Positions 27,961-38,663 of a stretch of DNA of 64,000 nt are shown piece by piece (position 1 is the first letter of the stretch; each line of letters starts with the position of its first letter). A program made the position numbers and the translations under genes. The notes beneath the pieces were generated by a model that saw nothing but the letters and a program-made list of their open reading frames with translations, was not told where the DNA came from and did not search any database. Source of the DNA: Nitrospirota bacterium (lineage in GTDB: Bacteria; Nitrospirota; JACRHJ01); assembly GCA_963845245.1 (NCBI GenBank), contig CAWJRJ010000024.1, forward strand, positions 64,001-128,000, in the 5' to 3' direction.

Positions 27961-30387
27961 TTGGGAAAGCTTAAGCATTTTTTTATAGACAAGAAGGACG
28001 GGGGTTTCAGCTCCGCCTTTTACATCCTGCTTTATATAGTCCTGGCGCACGTATTCTACTGGAAGTTCCTCATACCCGGCAACTTCGGCTTCGGCACGGA
28101 CACACTAAGCGGAAGCTATCCCATACAGGTCATGGGCATGCGGGCTATAGCGGAAAACGGCTCTCTCCCGCTCTGGAACCCCTATATCTTTTCGGGCATG
28201 CCACTTATGGCGAGCTTCTCCTTCCACATACTCTACCCTCTGAACTGGATATACTTTTTCATGCCCACGATCTTTGCACTGGGCTATCAGTTCATAATGC
28301 ATACGGCCCTGATGGGGATTTTCTTCTTCCTGTTCGCGAGGCACCTTAAACTATCAAGGCCTGTGGCCTTCATAGGCGGGCTCCTGTTCATGTTCAGCTC
28401 TCACTTCATTTCCCTCGTATATCCGGGACACGGCGGCAAGCTGTTTACGATAACATGGCTTCCTCTGGCCATGATATTCCTGGACCGGGGACTGGACGAG
28501 AGGCCGTTTTACAACATGACCATAATGGGCCTGGTGGTCGGCATGATGTTCTACGGCGGCCATATCCAGATATTGTTCTATTGCGGCATAGCCCTTTTGG
28601 CGTTCCTTATAATGCGCCTTATCACCGGATACAGGAAGGGCGGCCTCACATGGGCGGGCAAGGGTGTTGCCGGTTTCACGTACGCCTTTGCGCTCGGCGC
28701 GCTCCTCTACGCTGTCATCCTCCTTCCTGCCTGGGAGTACAAGTCCTACACTCAGCGAGGTGGCGGTGTGGTAGGCGCATCGTCGTATGAGTTCGCCACG
28801 TCCTTTTCCCAGCCGCCCGAGGACATGCTCTACATCCCGCTCCAGAACCCGTTCGGCTGGGGCAAAGACTACCCGAACACGCCCAACCCCAAGGACGAGT
28901 TCTACAGGGGGAGGATAGGGCTCAGGCTCTCGATAGACTATTTCAGCGTGATCGGGCTCCTGCTTGCGCTTTTCGGGGCGGTGCTGGTCAGGAACCGCTA
29001 CACATGGTTCTTCCTGGGACTTGCATGCCTTACAGGGTTCCTTGCGCTCGGGATGTTTAACCCGTTCTATATCTACGTCTACAAATACATACCCGGCTTC
29101 TCGATATTCCGTGTGCCATACGCCATAATGATACTTATGCCCATCTGCCTGTCCGGCCTTGCCGCTTTCGGGCTCCAGAGACTTCTGGACATAGACAGGA
29201 CCGGCCAGAAAAAAACCGCTTTTTACATGGTTATCGGCATGGCGGCAGTGGCAGCCGTTACGCTCATTATTGCATTCTCCTGGAACAGGAGCCTTGATTC
29301 CACCGGGAACTGGCTGCTCGGGTTCCAGTGGGTGCAGGAGATGCTCTGGGGCGATTTCTCCGACCTCGGACAGAGGCTGTCGTTCTTTGTGAAAAACCTC
29401 TATATCTTTGTGATATTCCTTTCCGTTGCCCTTATTGTCGTAGCCGGTTACCTGAAAGGAATATTTAAACGCAAACTGTTTATCCTGCTGGTTTCCGCCC
29501 TTGTGCTTGTTGAGCTATGGCCTCTCGGCTGGGACTTCATAAAGGTAATACCGGTATCGAGCCTCGAGGAAATATACTTCAGGGATACACCGGAGATAAA
29601 GACCATGGAGGCCGACAAGGATGGGATGTTCCGTGTGTTCTCCCTCGTGACGAACAACGAACTGTTATATCGCGGGATACAGACGCTGGCCGGATACCAT
29701 CCGGTGGTGCTCAGCTATTACGAGAAGACGTTGGGCAACATCAACTTCAACAACCATATAATCGACATGTTGAACACGCGTTACCTGATGCTGCCCAAGG
29801 ACCCCGAATACGACTTCAGGAACTACCCGGACCAGGCGGTACGCAAGGCGCTGAACGACAGGTACGAACTCCTGAGCGATAACGACATATTCTTCTACAA
29901 AAACCGCGACGCCATGCCGCGTGGCTGGCTGGTCAACAAGGTAGTGCGCGTGTACGACCCCGACCAGGCGCTGGACGTCATATCCGACCCGGGTTTCAGG
30001 CCCACAGAAGCGGCGGTGGTCGCAGAGGATATGCCGCAGGATATGCCGATCGACCCATCCGCCGACTTGTCCGGCCAGAAGGTCACGGTTACAAGTTTCA
30101 AGCCCGACAGCATAGAGATGAAGGTGACCGCCCCAGCGGACTCCATGTTCGTTGCGTCCGAGGTCTGGTACCCTGGCTGGAAGGCCTACATAGACGGAAA
30201 GGCGGCCAGGATATTCCGCACCGACTATACCCTGCGCGGCGTACTTATGCCTAAAGGAGAACATACCCTTTTGATGAAGTTCAGCCCGCCGCTTTATGTC
30301 CTTGGAGCAGCCCTGAGCATCGCTTCACTAATTTTCATCGGCGCCGTTATCGGACTACCGGCCTATAGGAAGAGGAAACATGCCTGA
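27961..30387 (+). CDS. YfhO-family membrane protein (GT-C-like)
   Basis: PLWNPYIFSGMP, many TMs, SEVWYPGWKAYIDG. TTG start at 27961. Confidence 0.88.
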   Translation: MGKLKHFFIDKKDGGFSSAFYILLYIVLAHVFYWKFLIPGNFGFGTDTLSGSYPIQVMGMRAIAENGSLPLWNPYIFSGMPLMASFSFHILYPLNWIYFFMPTIFALGYQFIMHTALMGIFFFLFARHLKLSRPVAFIGGLLFMFSSHFISLVYPGHGGKLFTITWLPLAMIFLDRGLDERPFYNMTIMGLVVGMMFYGGHIQILFYCGIALLAFLIMRLITGYRKGGLTWAGKGVAGFTYAFALGALLYAVILLPAWEYKSYTQRGGGVVGASSYEFATSFSQPPEDMLYIPLQNPFGWGKDYPNTPNPKDEFYRGRIGLRLSIDYFSVIGLLLALFGAVLVRNRYTWFFLGLACLTGFLALGMFNPFYIYVYKYIPGFSIFRVPYAIMILMPICLSGLAAFGLQRLLDIDRTGQKKTAFYMVIGMAAVAAVTLIIAFSWNRSLDSTGNWLLGFQWVQEMLWGDFSDLGQRLSFFVKNLYIFVIFLSVALIVVAGYLKGIFKRKLFILLVSALVLVELWPLGWDFIKVIPVSSLEEIYFRDTPEIKTMEADKDGMFRVFSLVTNNELLYRGIQTLAGYHPVVLSYYEKTLGNINFNNHIIDMLNTRYLMLPKDPEYDFRNYPDQAVRKALNDRYELLSDNDIFFYKNRDAMPRGWLVNKVVRVYDPDQALDVISDPGFRPTEAAVVAEDMPQDMPIDPSADLSGQKVTVTSFKPDSIEMKVTAPADSMFVASEVWYPGWKAYIDGKAARIFRTDYTLRGVLMPKGEHTLLMKFSPPLYVLGAALSIASLIFIGAVIGLPAYRKRKHA

Positions 30388-31173
30388 GGTAATAGATGTA
30401 ACGGGCGAGGTAATAAGCCCGGACCACGACAACATAACCCCGCTTTTCATGCGGCACATGGCGGCGTACAAGTTTTTCAGGGAACACGTAAGAGGACGCA
30501 AGGTCCTTGAGATAGGCTTCGGCGAAGGATACGGCACGTACTATCTCTCCGAGGTCTCCAAGGAGATAACGGGCATCGACGTATCACATTCTCTCGTGGA
30601 GCACGCGAAATCGAAATACTCGCGCGAGAACCTCTACTTCATAAGGAGCGACGCGGCAACCCTGCCTTTCCCTGACTCCTCTTTCGACGTCGTGGTCAGC
30701 TCGCAGGTGCTGGAGCACGTCAAGGACTATATGGGCTTCCTGAGGGAAACGGCACGCGTCCTTAAGCCCGGCGGTACGGCACTTGTCGCCACGCCAAACC
30801 GCATGATGATGATCGACGGGGTGAACCCGTACCACTTCAAGGAGTTCAGCGCAAAGGAACTTGCCTCCGCGCTTAAAAAGGTCTTCAACCAGTCCGAGGT
30901 GCTAGGCCTGGCCGGGAAGCGAACGGTACATGGCCATAAAGGCCGAGGAACAGAAGTTCGCAAAAAAGATCCTCGCCTTCGACTTCATGAGGCTGCGACG
31001 GTTCCTGCCGCGCTTCATTATACGCCCACTTTACAAGAGGGCGTACGAGTCGGTCAACAAACATACGGAAGCGCTTAACACCCAGGCGGCGGAGATTACT
31101 GTCGACGATTTCAATATAATCAATGAGCACCCCGAAAAGGGGCTTGGACATCATAGGCGTCTGCCGGAAATAG
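30380..31173 (+). CDS. Class I SAM-dependent methyltransferase; frameshifts near 30915 and 31140
   Basis: VLEIGFGEG, LPFPDSSFD, QVLEH, NPYHFKEF. Confidence 0.85.
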
Positions 31174-31183
31174 GTCAAAAAAC

Positions 31184-31897
31184 GTGAAAGCCCTGGTAAT
31201 AATACCGACATACAACGAGCGTGACAATATCCAGAAGATTGCGCGCGAGGTGCTATCGGTTTCCGAGCACACCGAGGTGCTGATAGTCGACGACAATTCG
31301 CCGGACGGCACCGGCAAGGTCGCGGACGAGATGGCCAAGGCTTCCCACAGGGTGCATACCCTGCACAGGGCCGGGAAGCTCGGGCTGGGCTCCGCATACA
31401 TAGAAGGCTTCCGCTACGCCATGTCGAACGGCTACGACTATGTCTTCGAGATGGACGCGGACTTCTCACACGACCCAAAGGAAATACCGAATTTCCTGGA
31501 CGCTATCACGAAATACGACGTCGTGGTGGGCTCGCGTTATGTCGGCGGCGTACGCATACTCAACTGGCCGATCAAGAGGCTTATGCTCTCCTACGGGGCG
31601 AGCATGTACACACGCATGATAACCGGGCTGAAGCTTATCGACTGCACCAGCGGGTTCAAGTGTTTCAGGCGCGACGTGCTTGAAGCCCTTGACCTGGACA
31701 AGATACACTCAGACGGATACTCGTTCCAGATAGAGATGAGCTTCCTCTGCCAGCAGAAGGGGTTTAGTCTGAAGGAGATACCGATCGTGTTCGCCGACCG
31801 TAAGGAGGGTACCTCCAAGATGAACAAGGGCATAGTGTTCGAGGCCCTCGCAGTGGTCTGGATACTCAAGATAAAGTCGATATTCGGCCTCCTGTAG
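31184..31897 (+). CDS. Polyprenol-phosphate mannose synthase (Dpm1-like GT2)
   Basis: IPTYNE, DDNSPDGT, GKLGLGSAY, MDADFSHDP, GYSFQIE. Confidence 0.92.
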   Translation: MKALVIIPTYNERDNIQKIAREVLSVSEHTEVLIVDDNSPDGTGKVADEMAKASHRVHTLHRAGKLGLGSAYIEGFRYAMSNGYDYVFEMDADFSHDPKEIPNFLDAITKYDVVVGSRYVGGVRILNWPIKRLMLSYGASMYTRMITGLKLIDCTSGFKCFRRDVLEALDLDKIHSDGYSFQIEMSFLCQQKGFSLKEIPIVFADRKEGTSKMNKGIVFEALAVVWILKIKSIFGLL

Positions 31898-31916
31898 GCT
31901 GACAAAGGAACAGGTT

Positions 31917-32855
31917 ATGATATCTGTCGTCGTACCGCTTTATAACGAGAAGGAAAGCCTCGGTGAGCTGCATTCGCGCCTGACGGACGTCCTCTCCGGA
32001 ATTGGGCAGGCCTACGAGATAATATTCGTGGACGACGGCTCCACCGACGGCTCGGCCAAGGTGCTTGAAGGCCTGCACGAGAAAGACCCCGACCACGTAT
32101 CGGTGTACACTTTCAGGCGCAACTTTGGAAAGAGCGCGGCCCTGGCGACGGGCTTCGAGGCGGCGACAGGCGACTTCGTCATAACGATGGACGCAGACCT
32201 CCAGGACGACCCGGCGGAGATACCCAGGCTCCTTGAAAAGCTGGGGGAAGACTGCGACCTCGTATCCGGATGGAAATACCCCAGGCACGACCCGTTTTCA
32301 AAACGGATCCCATCGAAGGTGATCAACTGGGCCACCGCAAAGCTGACCGGGGTAAAGATACACGACATGAACTGCGGCCTGAAGGCATACAGGGGCGAGG
32401 TGGTAAAGGGCATCTCCCTGTACGGGGAACAGCACCGGTTCATCCCCGCACTTGCCCACGCCAACGGCTACCGCGTGGACGAGATCAAGGTAAAGCACCA
32501 TCCGCGCAAGTTCGGACATACAAAGTTCGGGGGGAAGCGGTTCGTGGAAGGCATATTCGACCTGCTGACGGTACTGTTCCTTACGAGGTACATCAGAAAA
32601 CCGCTCCATTTCTTCGGCATCGCGGGCCTGGCCCTGCTACTTGCCGGAGGCGGCGCGCTCGCTTACCTTGTGGCTGGCTGGTTCATGGGCCGCTGGATAG
32701 GCGACAGGCCTCTCTTCATCCTCTCCGTCCTGCTTCTGATTATTGGCATCCAGTTCATCTCTACCGGGCTACTCGGGGAGATGCTGACATCGCTTACCCA
32801 TACACGTAAATCCGGCAACTTACGCAGGGCATTGACCCGACGGGATCCGAAATAA
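31917..32855 (+). CDS. Undecaprenyl-phosphate glycosyltransferase (ArnC/GtrB-like GT2)
   Basis: DDGSTD, RNFGKSAAL, DADLQDDP, HRFIP, two C-terminal TMs. Confidence 0.9.
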   Translation: MISVVVPLYNEKESLGELHSRLTDVLSGIGQAYEIIFVDDGSTDGSAKVLEGLHEKDPDHVSVYTFRRNFGKSAALATGFEAATGDFVITMDADLQDDPAEIPRLLEKLGEDCDLVSGWKYPRHDPFSKRIPSKVINWATAKLTGVKIHDMNCGLKAYRGEVVKGISLYGEQHRFIPALAHANGYRVDEIKVKHHPRKFGHTKFGGKRFVEGIFDLLTVLFLTRYIRKPLHFFGIAGLALLLAGGGALAYLVAGWFMGRWIGDRPLFILSVLLLIIGIQFISTGLLGEMLTSLTHTRKSGNLRRALTRRDPK

Positions 32856-32877
32856 CACTGCAACAGGGAGGACGTCT

Positions 32878-34464
32878 TTGCCTGAGAAAAACAATACATA
32901 TAACGCGGCCAGATACATCCCTCTTTTTATCTTCTTGTCGCTCTACTGCTTTTACTGCCTGCTGCTCAGCACACATCTGGACGGATACGAGCGGGGGTAT
33001 TATGCCACGGCACAAAACGCAATACTCCAGCACGAGTTCAACATGGGCGATGCAGGCTTGCCTGCAACAAATGTAATAGAGGGGAAACGCTACGTAGCAT
33101 ACGTCCTGGAGGGCCTGATAGATATCCCGCTGATTGCGGCCGGCATGGTCCTTGATTCCGCCTTTGAACGCATAGGCTTTAACCCCCAGTTAAAGTTTTT
33201 TCTGGCCAAGAGCAGCAATGCAGCCTTCACGGCATTTACAGCCGTGATAGTCTATCTATTCAGCCTGAACATATACAGGAAAGAGAGGCTGTCGGTTGCG
33301 CTGGCCCTTATCTACGGGCTTACCACACTTGCCGTCCCTTATGCTCAGATGGGCATGGACCCTCTACTGGTTTTACTTGCCTTTTGGGGGTTTTACCTTC
33401 TCCGCCGTTGTGCCGAGACAGGCTCCGTACGCAATTTCATCCTGGCCGGGTTCGTGTTTGGGCTGGCAATGGGCACCAAGACATATGCGGCCATACTTTA
33501 TCCCTTCGCCGCACTCTACCTCTTCATGCTCCTGAGGAATAACCCGATACAGGGTCTCCCTGCAAAGCTCGCGCTCGCGGCTGCAGGCGGAATCGTTGGA
33601 CTTGTCCCTTACTTCTGGTACAATTACATCCAGTTCCATGAACTGCTAGCATCAAGCGAACGCGGCTCGTTCGCATCCAAGATATTTGCCTCGCCAAGCC
33701 TGTTCCTCACCATAAGAAACATTTACGGCTCTTTCTTTTCCTTTGGCAAGAGCTTCTTCCTCTACTCGCCTCCCCTTGTGCTTGTCTTCTGGGGTTTCAA
33801 GCATTTTTTCAGCCGGGCTCGCATCGAGGCGTGGGTATTTCTGCTCTTCTCACTTTTCGTGCTCGTCTTGTTCTGCAGCATGGACATCCCCATCTACTGG
33901 GCGGACGAGGTATGGGGGCCAAGGTACTACTTGCTGCTTGTCCCTTTCCTTGTGCTCACCATGGGAGGGATTATCGAAAGGTTCAGTGATTACAGCTATT
34001 TAGAAAAGACCGGATTTTACATCCTCCTGGGGCTCGGCTTCCTGGTGCAACTGCCAGGCAGCCTCGTCTATTACGGCCAACAGACGAACATACTGGAAGC
34101 AAGCAAGCTCTACAGCCTCCAGAACGAGTTTTACATACCTGAACTTTCGCATATCCCGATCAACATCTTTCTTATGTGGGCAAGCCTCGTAAACCGCTTT
34201 ACGGGTGTATTCCCGACCTATTACTACTGGCCGCGCTCGAATATCTATTACAGGCTTAAGTTTGATCCGATTGCCTTAAGCATCGACCCGAACAATGATT
34301 ACATCACGGCCTGGTGGTACCAGATCCTGTCGTACGGCTTCCTGGACAGCCTTTCCTTCTTTCTTGTGGTCCTTGTGGTGCTGACCCTTCTCGCGGGGTT
34401 CGCCTTCTTCGGGATAAAGGCCTGGCGGTCCGCAACAAGGGCCGAGGCCTCACAGGTACTTTAA
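32878..34464 (+). CDS. ArnT/PMT-like GT-C membrane glycosyltransferase
   Basis: About 12 TMs, acidic DxxE in loop 1, WGPRY motif. Confidence 0.72.
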   Translation: MPEKNNTYNAARYIPLFIFLSLYCFYCLLLSTHLDGYERGYYATAQNAILQHEFNMGDAGLPATNVIEGKRYVAYVLEGLIDIPLIAAGMVLDSAFERIGFNPQLKFFLAKSSNAAFTAFTAVIVYLFSLNIYRKERLSVALALIYGLTTLAVPYAQMGMDPLLVLLAFWGFYLLRRCAETGSVRNFILAGFVFGLAMGTKTYAAILYPFAALYLFMLLRNNPIQGLPAKLALAAAGGIVGLVPYFWYNYIQFHELLASSERGSFASKIFASPSLFLTIRNIYGSFFSFGKSFFLYSPPLVLVFWGFKHFFSRARIEAWVFLLFSLFVLVLFCSMDIPIYWADEVWGPRYYLLLVPFLVLTMGGIIERFSDYSYLEKTGFYILLGLGFLVQLPGSLVYYGQQTNILEASKLYSLQNEFYIPELSHIPINIFLMWASLVNRFTGVFPTYYYWPRSNIYYRLKFDPIALSIDPNNDYITAWWYQILSYGFLDSLSFFLVVLVVLTLLAGFAFFGIKAWRSATRAEASQVL

Positions 34465-34480
34465 TATAAGAGGTGCAGGC

Positions 34481-35056
34481 ATGAATTTCGCCATACGCAG
34501 CGCATTGTCGGTCATGCTTCTCTTTGCGGCGGCGACCGCATACGCCGACGGAGGCTCTTACGTCGTCAGGCTTACAAACGGCAACGTGCTGACCGCAAAC
34601 TCATACCGCATCGAGCGCGGCCATGTCTACCTGAAATACCCCATCGGAGAGGCCGCTATAAAAGAGTCGCTTGTCCTGTCCATCGAAACCGAGGACGGTA
34701 AAGCAGAGTATTTCCAGAGCAAGGGCGAGCTGGTGAAAAGCGAGCCCAAACCTCCAGAGGTCGGCGCCGGCTCCGTCACCAAACCGTCGATGCCGACACC
34801 GGACGTATCTCTGACCCAAGGCCAGCCAGTCGCACCAGCCAAGCCACAAGCCCCGCAAGACAACCTGTTTCCAGAGGACAACCAGCGCCCGGAGGACCGC
34901 AAACCCGTGCCCGCCACGGTGACACAGCAGACCGCGAATGTAGACAAGTTCGTCGACGACTACTTCTCCGCCGACGAGAAAACGCAGGCTGTTATGGACC
35001 AGAACATCGACGACATATTCTCGGGCTTCTTCGAGGAACCGCCTGCTGGTAAATAG
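34481..35056 (+). CDS. Hypothetical exported protein with Pro-rich linker
   Basis: GAGGTG RBS, signal peptide ending AYA. Confidence 0.75.
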   Translation: MNFAIRSALSVMLLFAAATAYADGGSYVVRLTNGNVLTANSYRIERGHVYLKYPIGEAAIKESLVLSIETEDGKAEYFQSKGELVKSEPKPPEVGAGSVTKPSMPTPDVSLTQGQPVAPAKPQAPQDNLFPEDNQRPEDRKPVPATVTQQTANVDKFVDDYFSADEKTQAVMDQNIDDIFSGFFEEPPAGK

Positions 35057-35080
35057 CATTGGAATTTAAATGAGTCTTTT

Positions 35081-35110
35081 AAGGCCTGGGCTATCCCCGG
35101 GCCTTTTTTG
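35081..35110. terminator. Intrinsic terminator
   Basis: aaggcctggg-ctatc-cccgggcctt followed by a T-run. Confidence 0.75.
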
Positions 35111-35494
35111 TTACAGGATGGACAACACGGTAAGGACGACGGTTGACAAAAGCAGGAAGGCTGCGATGGCCGCCGAGGGAAGCCTGTCCCGGAGCCTGCG
35201 GGATTTAGTCTTCTCCATGAACGGCAGGGCGAACATGAGATATAGCGCGGCGCAGGGTATGGCCACCACGCCTAGGAATGCGGTTTTTCCGGGGAAGTAC
35301 TTCAGGAGCTGATAGAGCGACAGGAAGTACCACTCCGGCAGCGGCATGAAGTTGCGTGAGAAGTCAACGGGCCTTCCCGTGTGCGGCGCAAACAGGAACG
35401 ACAGCAACAGTACCACCTCAAGCACTACAAGGCAGACGACCAGTATCTCGAACAGGTAGTCGGGATAGAATTTTTTATCTATGTTAAGTTTCAT
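35111..35494 (-). CDS. Cytochrome b6 subunit IV-like (PetD/QcrC N-domain)
   Basis: FYPD, PEWYFLSLYQLLK, 3 TMs. Confidence 0.9.
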   Translation of the reverse strand: MKLNIDKKFYPDYLFEILVVCLVVLEVVLLLSFLFAPHTGRPVDFSRNFMPLPEWYFLSLYQLLKYFPGKTAFLGVVAIPCAALYLMFALPFMEKTKSRRLRDRLPSAAIAAFLLLSTVVLTVLSIL

Positions 35495-36135
35495 AGCCCC
35501 CCGCTTATCCCCTGCCTGCGTATCATATGGAAATGCGCCCAGAGCAGAAGTATCGTAACCGTGGGCATGAGGTACACGTGCATCACGTAGAACCGCAGAA
35601 GCGTTATGCCTGAGACGTCCTCGCCGCCGCGGATAAGCTTAACCAGCCATTCGCCTATGAGCGGCGTAGTGCCGGGCATCGCGGTGCCGACGGTCGTGGC
35701 CCAGTAGGCCTTCTGATCCCACGGCAGCAGATACCCCGAGAACCCGAAGGCCATCGTCAGCACGAAGAGGGCCATACCCACTAACCAGTTGAACTCGCGC
35801 GGGGCCTTGTACGAGCCGGTGATGTACACCCGGAGCATGTGGGCGACGCATGTCGCCACCATCCCGGACGCGGCCCATATGTGCGCTGAACGCATAAGCC
35901 AGCCCATCGGGATGTTCTCGTCGATGTTCCTTATGGAGGCGTACGCCTCAAGCTTTGACGGGATGTAATAGAACGAGAGGACGATTCCCGTGAAGGTGAG
36001 TATCAGGAACAGGAAGAAGGTCATCCCGCCGAGGCAGTAGAAATAGGTGACGCCCTCCGGGAGCTTGCGCTCGAAGATCCGCTTGTAGTGCCGCTCAAGC
36101 GAGAGCCGCTCGGATATGGTTTCAAGCATCCCCAT
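35491..36135 (-). CDS. Cytochrome b6-type subunit
   Basis: YCLGG, GWLMRSAH, HMLRVY, GYLLPWDQ, HV...HF heme ligands. Confidence 0.94.
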   Translation of the reverse strand: MGMLETISERLSLERHYKRIFERKLPEGVTYFYCLGGMTFFLFLILTFTGIVLSFYYIPSKLEAYASIRNIDENIPMGWLMRSAHIWAASGMVATCVAHMLRVYITGSYKAPREFNWLVGMALFVLTMAFGFSGYLLPWDQKAYWATTVGTAMPGTTPLIGEWLVKLIRGGEDVSGITLLRFYVMHVYLMPTVTILLLWAHFHMIRRQGISGGL

Positions 36136-36136
36136 G

Positions 36137-36634
36137 CTAAACCTTCAACCCCACCTGGACCTTGTTGCCCAAAATGCGCACCGGCAGCCTTGTGAGCGGC
36201 GCGGGCGGCGGCCCGGCTATCACCCTGCCGTCCGTGTCGTAGCGTCCTCCGTGGCAGGGGCAGATGAACTCTTTCTTGATATTGCTGTAGTTGACAAGGC
36301 AGCCCAGGTGCGAGCAGATTGCCGAGAACGCGATAAGCGCGCCGCCCGGGTCCCGCCGCAGGAATATTCGGGTGTCCGGCCTGTCCCCGCCGCGTATGTT
36401 AAGCTCCACCTTCTTCATCCCCGATTCCGGCATGTCGTCAAGTGGGATGGCATCGAAATAAACGAGCTTTTTCCCGGCCGTCTTACGCTCTGCAAGCTCG
36501 ACCAGCGGATATAGAAACGCGCCCGCGATTATGCCCGCAATGCCTAGAATGCCCCAGGAGATGAACTTCCTGCGGGAGGCAGTGCGGGTTGTGTCTTCAG
36601 GTGTGGTGTCGTTATTCGTAGCGTTTGACTTCAA
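36137..36634 (-). CDS. Rieske Fe-S subunit
   Basis: Tat motif SRRKFI; CSHLGC and CPCHGG. Start position uncertain. Confidence 0.93.
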   Translation of the reverse strand: MKSNATNNDTTPEDTTRTASRRKFISWGILGIAGIIAGAFLYPLVELAERKTAGKKLVYFDAIPLDDMPESGMKKVELNIRGGDRPDTRIFLRRDPGGALIAFSAICSHLGCLVNYSNIKKEFICPCHGGRYDTDGRVIAGPPPAPLTRLPVRILGNKVQVGLKV

Positions 36635-37136
36635 AGCGGTAGATGCTCACCGGTTCGGTCATGTCTATCCCGGCCTTCCTCTTGGCGATGGCGAGCTGGT
36701 CGTCCACGGTATCCACGCCTTCGAGGTCGGGAAGCAGGAGCCCCTTGCGGAAACCCGATTGGACTATCACCCCGTACCTCTTGGGGTCGAGTTCCCTGAC
36801 GCTTTTAACCGGCTCGGGAGTGGAGAGTACGTCCACGGAATAAACGAGGTGGTCGAGCTCTTCTTTGCTGACGCGGCAGAATCGCGGGTCCTCGCATGCC
36901 GCCGAAATCGCATTCTTTATGACTTCTTCGGCGACGGAATTCCTGGTCGGCATGAAAGTGCCTATGCAGCCCCGCAGCTCGCCGTCCTTCTTTACGCAAA
37001 CGAATACGCCCGCCTTCTCCTGCATCTCGGGGGTGAGCGCCTCGGGCGGGTCGACCGTCCTGCCTTCCCTGACGTAGGATTCGACCGACTTCTTCGCCAG
37101 TTCCACCAGCGGGTGGTGCCCCTTGGGCTCCGTCAC
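36612..37136 (-). CDS. amrA: AMMECR1-domain protein (AmmeMemoRadiSam protein A)
   Basis: GVFV, LRGCIGT, EDPRF, GLLLPDL. Confidence 0.92.
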   Translation of the reverse strand: MTEPKGHHPLVELAKKSVESYVREGRTVDPPEALTPEMQEKAGVFVCVKKDGELRGCIGTFMPTRNSVAEEVIKNAISAACEDPRFCRVSKEELDHLVYSVDVLSTPEPVKSVRELDPKRYGVIVQSGFRKGLLLPDLEGVDTVDDQLAIAKRKAGIDMTEPVSIYRFEVKRYE

Positions 37137-38110
37137 ATATCCCTCTCGATCACATAATCGGCAACTGCATATAGCGCGTCTTTGTGGCGGGATTCCGGGA
37201 ACACGGAAAGCCTGGCCTTCGCCCGCTCCACATGGCTCGTGGCCCGACCTACGGCGTATTCTATGGAGTGATATTTTCCCATAAGTTCAAGGATATAATC
37301 GAGGTCGGAGGGATTCTCGGACTGGTCTGTTATTATCTTCTTTACGCGAATAGACTCTTCGTGGTCGCTTTTATTGACGAGATGGATGAGCGGCAGGGTA
37401 AGCTTGCCTTCGCCCAGGTCCTTCCCGAGCACCTTGCCGAGCTTGTCCTGGCTTGCGGTGTAATCCAGGGTATCGTCCAGCAGTTGAAACGCATAGCCGA
37501 CGTCCATGCCGTAGCCAGCCAGCGCCTCCTCCTTGTCGGGGGTCACGCCTCCGAGTATCGCGCCTATGCGGCAGGCCGAGGAGATAAGCGCGGCCGTCTT
37601 TGCCTCTATGACCTCAAGGTACTCGTCTTCGGTGATATCCGGGTCGCCGGTGCGCAGAAGCTGGAGCACCTCGCCTTCCGACATGGTCTTGGTCGCGGCC
37701 GAAATGGAGTCGAGTACGCGGTGGTTCTCAAGCTGGACAGAGTCGTGTAGGGCCTTGGAGTAGAGGTAGTCGCCCACGAGCACGGTCGCCTGGTTGCCCC
37801 AGAGGCTGTTTGCTGAGGCCCGGCCCCGGCGCACGTCCGCCCCGTCCACCACGTCGTCGTGGAGCAGGCTCGCGGTGTGGATGAACTCCACCATGGCGGC
37901 CATGCGGACAGCCTCTGGGCCGGGGTTTCCGGTAGAGGTTGGCCGATATCATCAGGAGCAGGGGCCTGATCCGCTTACCGCCCCCCATGGAGGAGGTAGT
38001 TTGCGACCTGTTTTATCAGGACTGCCCTGGAGTCAAGGCTCGACCTGTATCTGGGTTTCCACCAGTTTCAGGTCTTCCCTGTAGCTCTCCAATACATCGG
38101 TAATCGTCAT
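37133..38110 (-). CDS. ispB: Polyprenyl diphosphate synthase; frameshifts at about 37920-38040
   Basis: GGKRIRP, HDDVVD...RRG, GDYL, KTA, FQLLDD. ATG at 38110. Confidence 0.88.
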
Positions 38111-38223
38111 ATAAAATTGCCGCGCAATGTTTGTTAAGGGGGTCTTGAATATGCCTGCCCAAGGCTTGGGAAAAGGGCGTAAACTATCGTTGATAATAGG
38201 TTAGTGCCGGTTTTTTGTCAAGT

Positions 38224-38493
38224 TTATTTTTCCCTCGCATGCCCCAGTATCTGCCTTACGCGCACAGAGGTCAGATGGTGTTTTTTTGCAAGCTGCGGTA
38301 TGTTCGCACCTGTGAACTCGCGGTGGATGTTCTGGTTGCGCCAGCCCCTCAGGGCAGTCTCGATCTTTGGGAGGTAAAGGCTCATACCCCCGAACTCCCT
38401 GCCCAGTGCAAGGGCAGCCTCCAGGCCTAGTATCTGTGCAATATCCTGGTAGATCTCCGGCAACATCATTACAGGGACTTCTTCGGCTTTCAT
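38224..38493 (-). CDS. Mor/C-family transcriptional activator
   Basis: FGGMSLYLPK...RNQNIHREFTGANIPQLAKKHHLT...VRQIL; GGAGGT RBS. Confidence 0.88.
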   Translation of the reverse strand: MKAEEVPVMMLPEIYQDIAQILGLEAALALGREFGGMSLYLPKIETALRGWRNQNIHREFTGANIPQLAKKHHLTSVRVRQILGHAREK

Positions 38494-38663
38494 GTTACTA
38501 CCTCCCGATGCGTAAGACTAAAATAAATAAATTTGTATAAACCGGATTATAATGTATAATATTTACGCTGTCAATACAAAATGCAACTATTGTTTGCTTG
38601 ACATCTAATTTGGAAAGACTTAAGCTTATAAAGCTGTGAATTTAAAGGGGAGGGTCTTCTGTT

